Assembly (NCBI RefSeq): GCF_044704955.1
Contig: NC_091995.1
Location: 56,544,001 to 56,608,000 of the forward strand
Origin: Pristiophorus japonicus
Taxonomy: Eukaryota
DNA: 64,000 nucleotides
Reading direction: 5' to 3'
The notes under the pieces were generated by a model. It ran no database searches and was not told the origin of the DNA. It was given only the letters and a program-made list of their open reading frames with translations. The position numbers were made by a program, and so were the translations under genes. How positions within the stretch are numbered: position 1 is the stretch's first letter; the number at the start of each line of letters is the position of its first letter. Positions 15,001-27,604 of the stretch are shown piece after piece.

Positions 15001-16565
15001 CAATCACTGCTGGGGGAGTGTAGGCCCAATCGCCGCTGGGGGAGTGTAGGCCCGATCACTGCTGGAGGAGTGTAGGCCCAATCGTTGCTGGGGGAGTGTA
15101 GGCCCGATCACTGCTGGGGGAGTGTAGGCCCGATCACTGCTGGGGAAGTGTAGGCCCAATCATTGCTGGGGGAGTGTCGGCCCAATCGCTGCTGGGGGCG
15201 TGTAGGCCCGATCACCGCTGGGCGAGTGTAGGCCCAATCACTGCTGGGGGAATGTAGGCCCAATCGCCGCTGGGGGAGTGTAGGCCCGATCACTGCTGGG
15301 GGAGTGTAGGCCCAATCGCCGCTGGGGGAGTGTAGGCCCGATCACCGCTGGGGGAGTGTAGGCCCAATCGTTGCTGGGGGAGTGTAGGCCCAATCACCGC
15401 TGGGGGAGTGTAGGCCCAATCGCCGCTGGGGGAGTGTAGGCCCAATCGTTGCTGGGGGAGTGTAGGCCCGATCACCGCTAGGGGAGTGTAGGCCCAATCG
15501 CCGCTGGGGGAGTGTAGGCCCGATAACCGCTGGGGGAGTGTAGGCCCGATCGTTGCTGGGGAGTGTAGGCCCAATCACCGCTGGGGGAGTGTAGGCCTGA
15601 TCGCTGCTGGGAAGTGTAGGCCCAATCACTGCTGGGGGAGTGTAGGCCCGATCACTGCTGGGGGAGTGTAGGCCCGATCACTGCTGGGGGAGTGTAGGCC
15701 CGATCACTGCTGGGGGAGTGTAGGCCCGATCACCGCTGGGGGAGTGTAGGCCCAATCGCCGCTGGTGGAGTGTAGGCCCGATCACCGCTGGGGGAGTGTA
15801 GGCCCAATCGTTGCTGGGGGAGTGTAGGCCCAATCACCGCTGGGGGAGTGTAGGCCCAATCGCTGCTGGGGGAGTGTAGGCCCAATCATTGCTAGGGGAG
15901 TGTAGGCCCAATCGCCGCTGGGGAAGTGTAGGCCCGATCACTGCTGGGGGAGTGTAGGCCCAATCGCTGCTGGGGGAGTGTAGGCCCAATCGTTGCTGGG
16001 GGAGTGTAGGCCCAATCGCTGCTGGGGGAGTGTAGGCCTGGTCGCCACTGGGGGAGTGTAGGCCCGGTCGCCGCTGGAGGAGTGTAGGCCCAATCGCCGC
16101 TGGAGGAGTGTAGGCCCAATCGCTGCTGGGGGAGTGTAGGCCTGAGCGCTGCTGGGGGAGTGTAGGTCCAATCACTGCTGGGGGAGTGTAGGCCCAATCA
16201 CTGCTGGGGGAGTGTAGGCCCGGTCGCCGCTGGAGGAGTGTAGGCCCAATCGCCGCTGGAGGAGTGTAGGCCCAATCGCTGCTGGGGGAGTGTAGGCCCA
16301 ATCATTGCTGGGGGAGTGTAGGCCCAATCACTGCTGGGGGAGTGTAGGCCTGGTCGCCGCTGGGGGAGTGTAGGCCCAATCACCGCTGGGGGAGTGTAGG
16401 CCCAATCGCTGCTGGGGGAGTGTAGGCCCAATCACCGCTGGGGGAGTGTAGGCCCAATCGCTGCTGGGGGAGTGTAGGCCTGAGCGCTGCTGGGGGAGTG
16501 TAGGCCTGAACGCTGCTGGGGGAGTGTAGGCCCGATTGCTGGTGGGGGAGTATAGGCCTGGTCAC
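1..16565. repeat. 26-bp tandem satellite (consensus CACTGCTGGGGGAGTGTAGGCCC[A/G]AT), roughly 630 units, continuing beyond the window start
   Basis: Unit read directly throughout. Occasional 25-bp units have G4 instead of G5. The array degenerates at about 16540-16565. Confidence 0.98.
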
Positions 16566-16890
16566 CTGGTTGGAGGCTCACCTGCTCGCCGGGAGTCATT
16601 GTGGATCGAGGACCCAGATCATCGTCGCTGATGAGTGGTGTGGTGGGAAGCCTGAGGCCTGAAGGTAGGCCTGATCTTGTGGGGTTCACAGGCTTGGCTT
16701 TAGCATAGGGGTTTAGGTGTTTATGCCCCCCTATTGGGATCTATTAAGGCTGGGGGAAGTTTAAACAGTGGGAAGAGGGAGGCTGAGTGTGTAAAATTGC
16801 CGGATGGTTGCCGATGGTGGTTTTTCAGCAGGGGAGCTCGCTGGGGAGCTACCACCCTGTCAGCCATCTAGCACGTTGCTTTGAACATAG

Positions 16891-19547
16891 TGGTGGATGG
16901 AGAAAGCACAGGAGATATAGCAGCTGGCCAACAGCCATGATGTGCGAGGATTCTTCACCGCAGTCAAGGCTACCTACGGCCCAAGCACCCAAGGCCCCAT
17001 CCCACTGCTGGCCAAGAATGGGGAGACACTCATCAAGGACACTGAGGCAGTCAGGACCCTAGGAAGGAGCAGTTCGATGATCTCCTCAATCGAGACTCTG
17101 CCTTTGACTCGAGTGTTCTCGACTCCATCCCGCAGCATGCGACCCGCCACCACCTCAGTGAGACCCCAACACTGCACGAGGTAGGAAAAGCCATAAGACA
17201 GCTCAAAAACAACAAGGCTTCGGTAGCGGATGGAATCCCTGCTGACGCTCTGAAGTATGGCGGAGAGGCACTGTTGTGGAGTATTTAAATATAACACTTG
17301 ACACAAGTCCGTATATGGAGAAAAGAGTTGTTTATTTTTACTCGATCAAGGGAGAAATGGCTTGCACCAGTCCCACAATTGGATACACCCCCACCGCTCT
17401 CACTGAACAATCGTCGGGTCACTGTCTTTTACAGTCAAAATACATACTAAATCATGAAGTTCCGCATGGAAGCTTTCCATTTGTTGTTTCCCTGATGGTC
17501 ACAAATTTTTGCCTACCTACTATGATTACATTGTTAATACAATTATACCGACACAAAGTTTTGTTGCTACCCCCTGTGCGCCCTTTATCTGACTAGTTAC
17601 ATGCTGCATCATTACTTTTCTACGGTTAAGCAATTCCTGTGAAAGTACTTCTTCCCAGACTTATTTGTCCTCGACTAAATCGTCTGTTAATTGAGAGACA
17701 AAGCTGGGATGTTTCAATTGTTACCTCGTGTAACTCTATGTGAACCACTCGTTCCCACAACTTACCTCCCCACGATAAGCCTGCTTTCCCATCACACACT
17801 ACACTCCTGACAATTATAAGCTTAGCTACAATACTTTTAGAAATACTAATGATTTTAACCCCTTCAGGCACTATTGGCGCGAATACATGACCTCATCTCT
17901 CTCATCTGGAGGGAGGAGAGTATGCCGGGCGATCTCAGAGATGCAGTGATCGTAACCATCTTTAAAAAAGGGGACAAGTCCGACTGCGGCAACTACAGAG
18001 GAATCTCCCTGTAATCAGCCACTGGGAAAGTCGTCGCTAGAGTCCTCCTCAACCCTCTTCTCCCTGTGGCCGAGGAGCTCCTCCCGGAGTCATAGTGTGG
18101 ATTTTGTCCCCTTTGGGGCACAACGGACATGATTTTTGTAGCACGACAGCCGCAGGAAAAATGCAGGGAACAACACCAGCCCTTATTCATGGCCTTCTTC
18201 GACCTTACAAAGGCCTTGGACACGGTCAACTGCGAGGGTCTATGGAGCGTCCTCCTCTGTTTCGGATGTCCCCAAAAGTTTGTCACCATCCTCCGCCTGC
18301 TCCACGATGACATGCAGGCCACGATCCTGACCAATGGATCCATCACAGACCCAATCCATGTCCGGACCGGGGTCAAACAGGGCTGTGTCATCGGCCGAAC
18401 CCTCTTCTCAATCTTTCTCACCGCCATGCTCCACCTCACAGTCAACAAGCTCCCTGCTGGAGTGCAACTAAACTACAGAACCAGTGGGAACCTGTTCAAC
18501 CTGCGCCGTCTCCAGGCCAGTTCCAAGACTACCCCAACCTCCGTCGTCGAGCTACAGTACGCGGACGACGCCTGTGTCTGCGCACATACAGAGGCCGCAC
18601 TCCAGGACATAGTCGACGTATTTACTGAGGTGTACGAAAGCATGGGCCTTACACTAAACATCCGTAAGACAAAGGTCCTCCACCAGCCTGTCCTCACCGC
18701 ACAGCACTGCCCCTCCAGTCATCAAGATCCAAGGTGTGGCCCTGGACAATGTGGACCACTTCCCATATCTCGGGAGCCTCCTATCAACAAAAGCAGGTAT
18801 TGACGACGAGATCCAACACTGCCTCTGGAGCGCCAGTGCAGCCTTCAGCCGCCTGAGGAAAAGGATGTTTGAAGACCAGGCCCTCAAAACTGCCACCAAG
18901 CTCATGGTCTACAGGGCTGTAGTAATACCCGCCCTCCTGTATGGCTCAGAGACGTGGACCATGTACAGTAGATACCTCAAGTCACTGGAGAAATACCACC
19001 AGCGATGTCTCCGCAAGATCCTACAAATCCCCTGGGAGGACAGATGCACCAACATTAGCGTCCTCGACCAGGCTAACATCCCCAGCATTGAAGCACTGAT
19101 CACACTTGATCAGCTCCGCTGGGCAGGTCCCATAGTTCGCATGTCAGACACGAGACTCCCAAAGCAAGCGCTCTACTTGGAACTCCTTCACGGCAAACGA
19201 GCCAAAGGTGGGCAGAGGAAACGTTACAAGGACACCCTCAAAGCCTCCCTGATAAAGTGCGGCATCCCCACTGACACCTGGGAGTCCCTGGCCAAAGACC
19301 GCCCAAAGTGGAGGAAGTGCATCCGGGAGGGCGCTGAGCACCTCGAGTCTCAATGCTGAGAGCACGCAGAAACCAAGCACAGGCAGCGGAAAGAGCGTGT
19401 CCCACCCTCCCCTTTTCCTCAACCACTGTCTGTCCCACCTGTGACAGAGACTGTGGCTCTCGTATTTTACTGTACAGCTACCTAAGAACTCATGCTAAGA
19501 GTGGAAGCACGTCTTCCTCGACTCTGAAGGACTGCCTATGATGATGA
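16891..19547 (+). mobile_element. 5'-truncated, decayed RTE-clade (BovB-like) LINE
   Basis: RT fragments with GVKQGCV and LQYADD (18129-18803), then LLYGSETW, QLRWAG and GGQRKRYKDTLK (18736-19359). The 3' end is ...GGACTGCCTATGATGATGA. Stops and frameshifts are present, and a solo LTR interrupts it. Confidence 0.93.
17272..17866 (-). mobile_element. Solo LTR (595 bp) inserted into the RTE LINE
   Basis: TG...CA termini. 5-bp TSD GGCAC at 17267-17271 and 17867-17871. Removing it restores RTE coding sequence (GGEALLAR). Minus-strand AATAAA at about 17331-17336. Confidence 0.85.
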
Positions 19548-19984
19548 CTCCATCCTACCTTAAAACATTTGATCTCCTGGGAGAGCCAAACAACAGGTAC
19601 AAAAACCCAGGTCAATTTGGGGAAAAAAATCAGGGAAATTCCGTTCCGACCCATCTAGGCGATCAAAAGTAGTCCAGGAGATCACTCTGGCCTTAAATTC
19701 CCTGCAGTACCTACCTGTAAGTGTTAATCTCCATTGCAGCCAGAAACAAATCCAGCTTTTGCCTGAAGGAATTCAGTGTGTCTGCATCCACCACATGAGA
19801 GGACAGCTTGTTCCAGAGGTCTACTGTTCTCCGGGAAAAGAACCACCCCTGACATCTATCCTCGATCTAGCCTTATACAACTTAAATTTGTGCCCCTGGT
19901 CCTGCTTAACCTACTTAATTGAAATAAACGGTCAGCTGGAATACTGTCTATTCCCTTCAAAATCTTATAAACCTCAATCAGATC

Positions 19985-22900
19985 TGTTATGTATTTAACC
20001 CCTTGTAACCTGTATGACACCTGACCACCAGAGGACCCACCTGTTGGAGTCCCAAGGGATTCCAGCATCCCTTGGGAGCACAGTATATAAGTAGGCCACC
20101 CACGAGATACCTGCACTCTGGAATCTTATTAAAGGAGCCACGGTCACACTTGCTCATTGTACACAGTACTCAGTTTCATCCTTTATTATGAGTGTACCAA
20201 TTGGCGATGAGGTAACGAACAACCACGTGAAAATGCAAAGAATAGTCGGTATCCTGGAGAAGTTCTCAGAAGAGGATAATTGGGAGGCCTTCATGGAGAG
20301 ACTCGACCAATACTTCATGGTCAGCGAGCTGGAAGGGGACGAGAACGCTACCAAACGAAGGGCGATCCTCCTAACCGTCTGTGGGGCAACAACCTATGGC
20401 CTCATGAAGAATCTCCTGGCTCTGGCAAAACAAACAGAGAATTCCTACGAAGAATTGTGTACGGTGGTCCGGGAGCACCTAATTCCAAAGGAAAGCATTT
20501 TGATGGCGAGATATTGGTTCTACACGTGTCAACAATCGGAGGGCCAGGAAGTGGCGAGCTATGTTGCCGAACTAAGGCGCCTCGCAGGACATTGTGAGTT
20601 TGAGGGATTTCTAGAACAAATGCTCAGAGACTTTTTTGTACTGGGCATTGGCCATGAGACAATCCTTCGCAAACTGTTGACTGTAGAAACTCCAAATCTA
20701 AGTAAAGCCATAACGATAGCCCATGTAGTTTTGTCCACCAGCGACAACACCAAACAGATTTTGCAGAGTAAAGAAGTTTCAGTCAGTACTGTGCACAAAG
20801 TAACGTCGTTTTCGAGCAGGAATGTACAGGGCAGTATGTACACGCCGGCTACTGCTGCCCGACATCAGATAACCCAGAGTCCGCCATCAATCGTTAATGT
20901 GAGGCAGTTAACACATTGTTGGCGCTGCGGAGGTGACCATCGGCCCATCAATGCCGCTTCAAGCACTATGCGTGCAATGGTTGTAGAACAATGGGACACC
21001 TCTAGCGAATGTGCAATGAGCTGCAAACCCTGCAAACCACCACGTTGCAGAGGAAGCTCGATCCACGGTGGATCAGGCTGTATTGGAGACTCGTACCGAG
21101 GAGACAGAAGTGTACGGGGTACACAAATTCACCACGAAATGTCCACCAATAATGTTGAAAGTTGAACTGAACGGTATTCCAGTATCTATGGAACAAGTCA
21201 GTCCATATTGAGTAAAAAGGCCTTTGACAGGCTGTGGGGCAAAAAGGTACACAGGCCCAAGCTCAGCCCCATTCACACCAAACTACGGACTTACACCAAG
21301 GAACTAATCCCTGTAATTGGCAGTGCTGAAGTCAAAGTCGCCAATGATGGAGCAGTACACGAACTCCCGCTGTGGATTGTGCCAGGGGATGGCCCCACGT
21401 TGTTTAGCAGAAGCTGGCTGGGAAAAATCCGCTGGAACTGGGGCAACATCCGAGCGCTTTCGTCCGTTGACAACGCCTCAGGTACCCAGGTTCTGAGCAA
21501 GTTCCCATCATTGGTACACGACCCATCCACCACAAGGCACGGGTGGTACCGTACATGATGCGTGAAAAAGTGGAAATTGAGCTGGACAGGCTGAAACATG
21601 AAAGCATCATCGTGCCGGTGGAATTCAATGACTGGGCCAGTCCGATTGTCCCGGTACTTAAAGAGGACGGCACGGTTAGAATTTGTGGGGACTATAAAGT
21701 AACGATTAACCGTTTTTCGCTACAGGACCAGTACCCGCTACCCAAGGCAGACGACCTATTTGCGACCCTGGCTGGAGGGAACACGTTCACCAAGCTGGAC
21801 CTGACCTCAGCCTACATGATGCAGGAGCTGGAGGAGTCTTCGGAAGGCTTCACCTGCATCAACACGCACAATGGTCTGTTCATCTATAACCGGTGCCCAT
21901 TCAGGATTCGGTCGGCTGTGGCAATCATCCAACGGAACATGGAGAGCCTGCTAAAGTCGGTTCCTCGCACCGTGGTTTTCCAGGATAACATACTGGTTAC
22001 AGGTCGGGACACCATTGAACACTTGAAGAATCTGGAAGAGGTTCTTAGTCAGTTGGATCGCGTGGGGCTCAGGTTGAAACGCTCGATGTGTGTTTTCCTG
22101 GCACAGGACATCGAGTTCTTGGGAAGAAGAATCGCAGCAGACGGCATCAGACCCATGGACACCAAGATGGAGGCCATCAAGAATGCGCTGCGACCACAGA
22201 ATGTTAACTATTTCGCTAATTTCTTACGTGGGTTAAACACCTTGCTAGAACCCCTACATGCGCTACTGCGCAAGGGAGACGACTGGGTATGGGGGAATTC
22301 ACAAGAGGCTGCCTTTAAGAAAGCCAGAAATCTGTTGTGTTCAAACAAACTGCTGGTCCTATATGACCCATGTAAACAATTAGTGCTAGCTTGCGATGCG
22401 TCGTCATACGGGGTCGGGTGTGTGTTACAACAGGCTAACGAATCGGGGATCTTGCAACCGGTCGCTTATGCGTCCAGGCGTTTGTCCAAGGCCGAAAGGG
22501 CCTACAACATGATTGAAAAAGAGGCTCTAGCGGCGTTTACGGGGTAAAAAAAAATGCACCAGTACTTATTTGGCCTCAAGTTTGAGCTTGAAACTGACCA
22601 CAAGCCGCTTATATTGCTGTTCTCTGAGAGCAAAGGGATTAATAGCAATGCTTCTGCCCGCATCCAAAGATGGGCACTCATGTTGTCGGCATACAACTAT
22701 GTAATCCGCTACAGACCGGGCACAGAGAACTGCGCAGATGCTCTCAGTCGGCTGCCATTACCCACCACCGGGGTGGAAATGGCACAGCCAGCGGACTTGC
22801 TCATGGTCGTGGAGGCATTCGAGAATGAGAAGTCCCCCGTTATAGCCCGCCAGATCAGGATCTGGACCAGCCAGGATCTTTTACTGTCCTTGGTAAAAAA

Positions 22901-24393
22901 ACTGGTCTGGTGTCCCAGTGGAGATGCAGGAGGCGATTAAGCCATTCCACAGACGCAAGGATGAGTTTTCCCTGCAGGCGGACTGTCTATTGTGGGGCAA
23001 TCGTGTGGTCTTGCCCAAGAAAGGCAGAGATACGTTCATATGTGAACTGCACAGCACCCAACCAGGCATTGTAATGATGAAAGCCATAGCCAGATCCCAT
23101 GTGTGGTGGCCCGGCATCAACTCAGATTTAGAGTCATGCGTGCGCCAGTGCAACACTTGCTCTCAGCTGAGCAATGCACCTAGAGAGGCACCCCTAAGTT
23201 TGTGGTCGTGGCCCTCCAAACCGTGGTCGAGGATCCACTTGGACTATGCGGGCCCATTTCTAGGCGAAATGTTTTTGGTTGTCGTGGATGCTTACTCAAA
23301 ATGGATTGAATGTGCAATAATGTCTGTAAGCACGCTATTGAAAGCCTACGAGCCATGTTTGCCACGCAAAGCTTGCCTGATGGCCTAGTCAGTGACAATG
23401 GGCTGTGTTTCACCAGTGCTGAATTCAACGAATTCATGACCCACAACGGGATCAAGCCACATCACATCTGCCCCGTTCAAGCCTGCATCCAATGGTCAGG
23501 AAGAATGGGCAGTCCAGACCATCAAGCAAAGCTTGAAACGCATGTCAGAAAGCTCCCTGCAGACCTGGCTGTCCCGAGTGCTGCTCAGCTACCCACCAGA
23601 CCCCACTCACTCACCGGGGTTCCCCCAGCCGAGCTACTCAAGAAAACAGCGCTTAAAACAAGGCCCTCTCTGGTCCACCCTGATCTCCATGATCACGTGG
23701 AGGGCAAGCGGCATCAACAAAGTGTGTACCATGACTGCGCAAATTTGTCATGCGATATTGAGATCAATGATCCTGTGTTTGTGTTCAATTATGGACATGG
23801 TCCCAAATGGCTCGCTGGCACGGTCACAGCCAAACAGTGGAGTAGGGTGTTTCAGGTCAAACTAACAATGGACAAATGCACAGAAAACATTTGGACCAAA
23901 TCAAACTGCAGTTCACCAACAGCTACGAACAACCTGAAGAGGACACCACCAACTTTGACCTTCCAACACACACACAAGTGGCAACTGACATCATGTGACC
24001 ACGAAGCCGAACTCACCATCCCCAGCAGCCCGGCAAGGCCGGCTGACCAGCAGCCCAGTGAAGAACTGAACAACTCACCCACACCCACATTTGTACCGAG
24101 ACGATCGAGAAGAGAGCAAAAAGCCCCAGATCGTCTCACCTTGTAAATAAGTGTACTGTTGACTTCACGGGGGAGTAATGTTATGTATTTAACCCCTTGT
24201 AACCTGTATGACACCTGACCACCAGAGGGCCCACCTGTTGGAGTCCCAAGGGATCCCAGCATTCCTTGGGAGCACAGTATATAAGCAGGCCACCCACGAG
24301 GTACCTACACTCTGGAGTCTTATTAAAGGAGCTAAGGTCATACTTGCTCATTGTACACAGTACTCAGTTTCATCCTTTATTATGAGTGTACCA
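19985..24393 (+). mobile_element. Full-length degenerate Ty3/Gypsy LTR retrotransposon
   Basis: LTRs 19985-20199 and 24179-24393 (215 bp each, TG...CA). TSD AGATC at 19980-19984 and 24394-24398. PBS TGGCGATGAG at about 20202, PPT at about 24169-24178. Domain order gag-PR-RT-RH-IN. Confidence 0.96.
20233..24146 (+). pseudogene. Gypsy gag-pol, fragmented by frameshifts and deletions
   Basis: Gag with CWRCGGDH knuckle. RT WASPIVPVLK...RICGDYK, with FQDN at the YxDD position. RNase H LACDAS and ETDHKPL. Integrase zinc finger (HSTQPG...CNTC), RIHLDYAGP and VSDNG. Confidence 0.92.
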
Positions 24394-24959
24394 AGATCCC
24401 CGAAAGTCTATGCTGCTCTAAGGTAAGGAGTTCCAACTCATTTCACCTATCTTGATAAATAAGATGTTTTAGACTTGGAAATAGTCTAGTGGCCCTCTTC
24501 TGCACCTTTTCCAGAACCTCAATATCACTCACCATGTGAGGAGACCAAAACTAGACACAGTATTCCAAGTGCGGCCTGATTAAGGTTTTGTATAAGGACA
24601 AACAGTACGCTTCGTCTTATACTCAATTGTCCTATGGATACACCCCAACACCCTATTTGCTCTAGCTGTCGCTGCACCGCATTGCTCGAGTACCTTTAAG
24701 GATGTATGCACTAGAAGCCCAAATCTCTTTCTATCTCCACCATCTTTAATGCCTTTCCCTGGAGGGTGTATGAATGTTGAGCATAACACTGCAGTTATCG
24801 AAGTTATACATCATTTTCCAGTCTTGGGCCCAATTTCCCAACACTTTAAGATCTGCCTGAATCAGAAGAACCTCTTCTACAGTTCGAGCACTCACACAGA
24901 TCTTGGTATCATCTGCAAATTTGCAAATTGAACCGCTAATCCCTGAATAAATTTTCATC

Positions 24960-25884
24960 TAGAAAGACATGGATTACTCAAGGACAGTCAGCATGGATTT
25001 GTTAGGGAAGGTCGTGTCTGACTAACTTGATTGAATTTTTCGAGGAGGTTACCAGGAGGGTCGATGAGGGCAGTGCATTTGATGCTGTGTATATGGATTT
25101 TAGCAAAGCTTTTGATAAGGTCCCACACGGCAGACTGGGATCCAGGCCAAAGTGGCAAGTTGGATCCAAAATTGTCTCAGAGGCAGGAAGTAAAGGGTAA
25201 TGATTAATGGATGTTTTTGTGACTGGAAGGCTGTATCCAGTGGGGTTCCGCTGGGCTCAGTGCTGGGTCCCATGCTTTTTGTGGTATATATCATGGACTT
25301 GGACTTGAATGTTGGGGGTATGATTAAGAAGTTTGCAGATGACACTAAAATGGGTTGTGTGGTTGATAATGAAGAAGAAAGCTGTGGACTGCAGGAAGAT
25401 ATCAATGTACTGGTCAGGTGGGCAGAACAGTGGCAAATGGAATCAATCCGGATAAGTGTGAGGTAATGCATTTGGGGAGGTCTAACAAGGAAAGGGAATA
25501 CACATTAAATGGTACGACACTGAAAAGTGTAGAGGAACAAAGGGATCTTGGAGTGCATGTCCACAGATCCCTGAAGGTAGCAGGCCAGGTGGATAAGGTG
25601 GTTAAGAAGGCATATGGAATACTTGCCTTTATTAGTCGAGGCATAGAATACAAGAGCAAGGACATTATGCTTGAACTGTATAAAACACTGGTTAGGCCGC
25701 AGCTGGAGTACTGCGTGCAGTTCTGGTCACCACATTACAGGAAAGATGTGATTGCACTGGAAAGGGTGCAGAGGGGATTTACAAGAATGTTGCCTGGACT
25801 GGAGAATTTTGGCTATGAGGAAAGATTGGAGATGATGGGTTTGTTTCTTTGGAACAGAGGAGGCTGAGGGGAGAGCTGATTGAG
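24960..25884 (+). mobile_element. CR1 LINE ORF2 (RT) fragment
   Basis: SGVPLGSVLGP, KFADDTK, RPQLEYCVQFWSP motifs. Confidence 0.9.
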
Positions 25885-26149
25885 GCAGCAGGAGACTCCC
25901 AGGTGCACACACGGCAACTGCAGATTCACCATCAGCCACAGCTCCCGGATCACTCTGCAATTGCCCAGCGCCGGGATCTGCAGCATTGTGTGGGCTGGAA
26001 GGGCTGCATGTGTCAGGCGGAGTCAGTCTGGGGGAACTGGCTGGGTGGGTGAATGCTGATCGGCTGTTCCGTGTTCACAGCACCCTTTACACAGCACAGC
26101 AAATAATGTGGCTGGTGGGTTATTAAAGGAACAACATGACTTACATAGG

Positions 26150-27440
26150 ATTACATAGAATATACGGCACAGAAACAGGCCGTTCGGCCCAACCAGTCCA
26201 TGCCGGTGTTTATTCTCCACTTGAGCGTCCTCCCGTCTTTCCTCATCTAAATCTATCAGCATTTCATTCATTCATAGGCGATCCCTCGTATCGAAGATGA
26301 CTTGCTTTCATACCAAGAAGAGATGAGCTTACAGTGTTTCAATGAAGGGCCTAATATTCCAGGTCCCGAACTACATGTTGAATGGTAGAAGATGCCTGTG
26401 TGTAGATTTTTTTAACGTGGGGTGACCGTTGCACACCAGCCACCACACAGCCTCAACAGAGCTATGTCTTGGTCCAGTGGCAAGGATTAACCAAGACGAC
26501 TGGAGACTGGCTCTGGTGCACGGACCTAGTGCGCACACATATCGCACACAGTGTGGGCTGGCCCGTGCTGCCCCTGGGCCCTCGCCTCTTCTGGGCCCTG
26601 AACTCTCGCCTCTACTGGGCCCCGGTCACGTCGCTCCACGATCACTCGTCGCTCCGTCTGCCCTGACCTCGCCGCTCCTGCTGTACCTGCCCACGCTCCA
26701 ATCAGCATAACCCTCTATTCCCTACTCCCTCACAGGCTTATCTAGCCTCCTCTTAAATGTATCTATTCACTTCAACAATTCACTGTGATAGTGAGTTCCA
26801 CATTCTCACCACAGTCTGGGTAAAGAGGTTTCTTCTGAATTCCCTATTTGAATTCTTGGTAACTGCCTTGTATTGATGGCCTCGAGTTTTGCTCTTCCCC
26901 ACAAGTGGAAACATTCTCTGTATCCACTCTAACAAAACCTTTCATAATTTTAAATACCTCCATTAGGTCACCCCTCAGCCCTCTCTTTTCAAAAAAGGAG
27001 ACGCAGCCTGTTTATCCTTTCCTGATATGTATACCCTCACATTTCTAGTATCATCCTTGTAAATCTTCTCTGCACCCTCTCCGGTGCCTCTATATCCTTT
27101 TTATAATATGGCGACTAGAACTGTGCTCAGTGCTCCTAGTGTGGTCTAACCAAGGTTTGATGCAAGTTTAGCATAACTTCCCTACTTTTCAATTCTACCC
27201 CTCTAGACGTAAAGCCCAGTGATGGTTTGCTTTTTTATAGCCTTGTTAACCTGTGCCGATAGTTTTAGTGACTTGTGTATTTGTACTCCAATCTCTTTGT
27301 TCATCTACCCCACCCAGACACGCATCCTCCAAGTAATGTGACCTCCCTATTCCTCCTACCAAAATGTTATAGCTCACATTTATCTGTGTGGAATTTCATT
27401 TGCCAATTATATGCCCATTCTGCAAGTTTATTAATGTCTT
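26150..27440 (-). mobile_element. CR1 LINE 3' end, interrupted at 26263-26700
   Basis: Minus-strand CR1 tail (plus strand ACATAGGATTACATAGAA...AACAGGCC) followed by decayed ORF2 C-terminal sequence. A homologous uninterrupted tail lies at about 44490-44700. Confidence 0.75.
26263..26700 (-). mobile_element. RTE-derived non-autonomous (internally deleted, SINE-like) element
   Basis: 8-bp TSD ATCAGCAT (26255-26262 and 26701-26708). Minus strand has a GC-rich leader, then ATG TAG TTC GGG ACC TGG AAT ATT AGG (M*FGTWNIR, start of an APE endonuclease), then the RTE-type tail AAGCAAGTCATC...GCCTATGAATGAATGAA. Confidence 0.8.
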
Positions 27441-27604
27441 GTAACTTGTAGCTATACAGCGTCTCATCCCTCTCAGACATCCCACAATATCACAGCATAG
27501 AGCAGAACCTTGAAGTTATGGAACAAAATGATTCCATTTCCATGATCTGTCATCTCCCCCCGTGCACTGTGTGCGTTCCTGTTAAACGCTGGGCGAGTCA
27601 TTCA

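Larger units (their letters stand above)
19548..24945 (-). mobile_element. CR1 LINE 3' fragment split by the Gypsy insertion (about 19548-19984 and 24394-24945)
   Basis: Minus-strand ORF2 motifs DLIEVYKILKG...RTRG on the left, and KFADDTK and ANRVLGCI on the right of the LTR element. Confidence 0.8.

Noticed and set aside
402-15768. Chi sites GCTGGTGG in some satellite units
   Set aside because: Single-base variants of GCTGGGGG. Chi is a bacterial RecBCD signal with no relevance here.
1-16565. CRISPR array or Ig switch region
   Set aside because: There are no unique spacers or cas genes and the DNA is eukaryotic. No Ig exons are nearby and AGCT pentamers are absent, so the switch-like G-richness is only superficial.
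622-16689. Dozens of Pro-rich ORFs (GPTLPQQRLGLHSPSSD...)
   Set aside because: They are translations of the 26-bp satellite and occur in all three minus frames with the same peptide.
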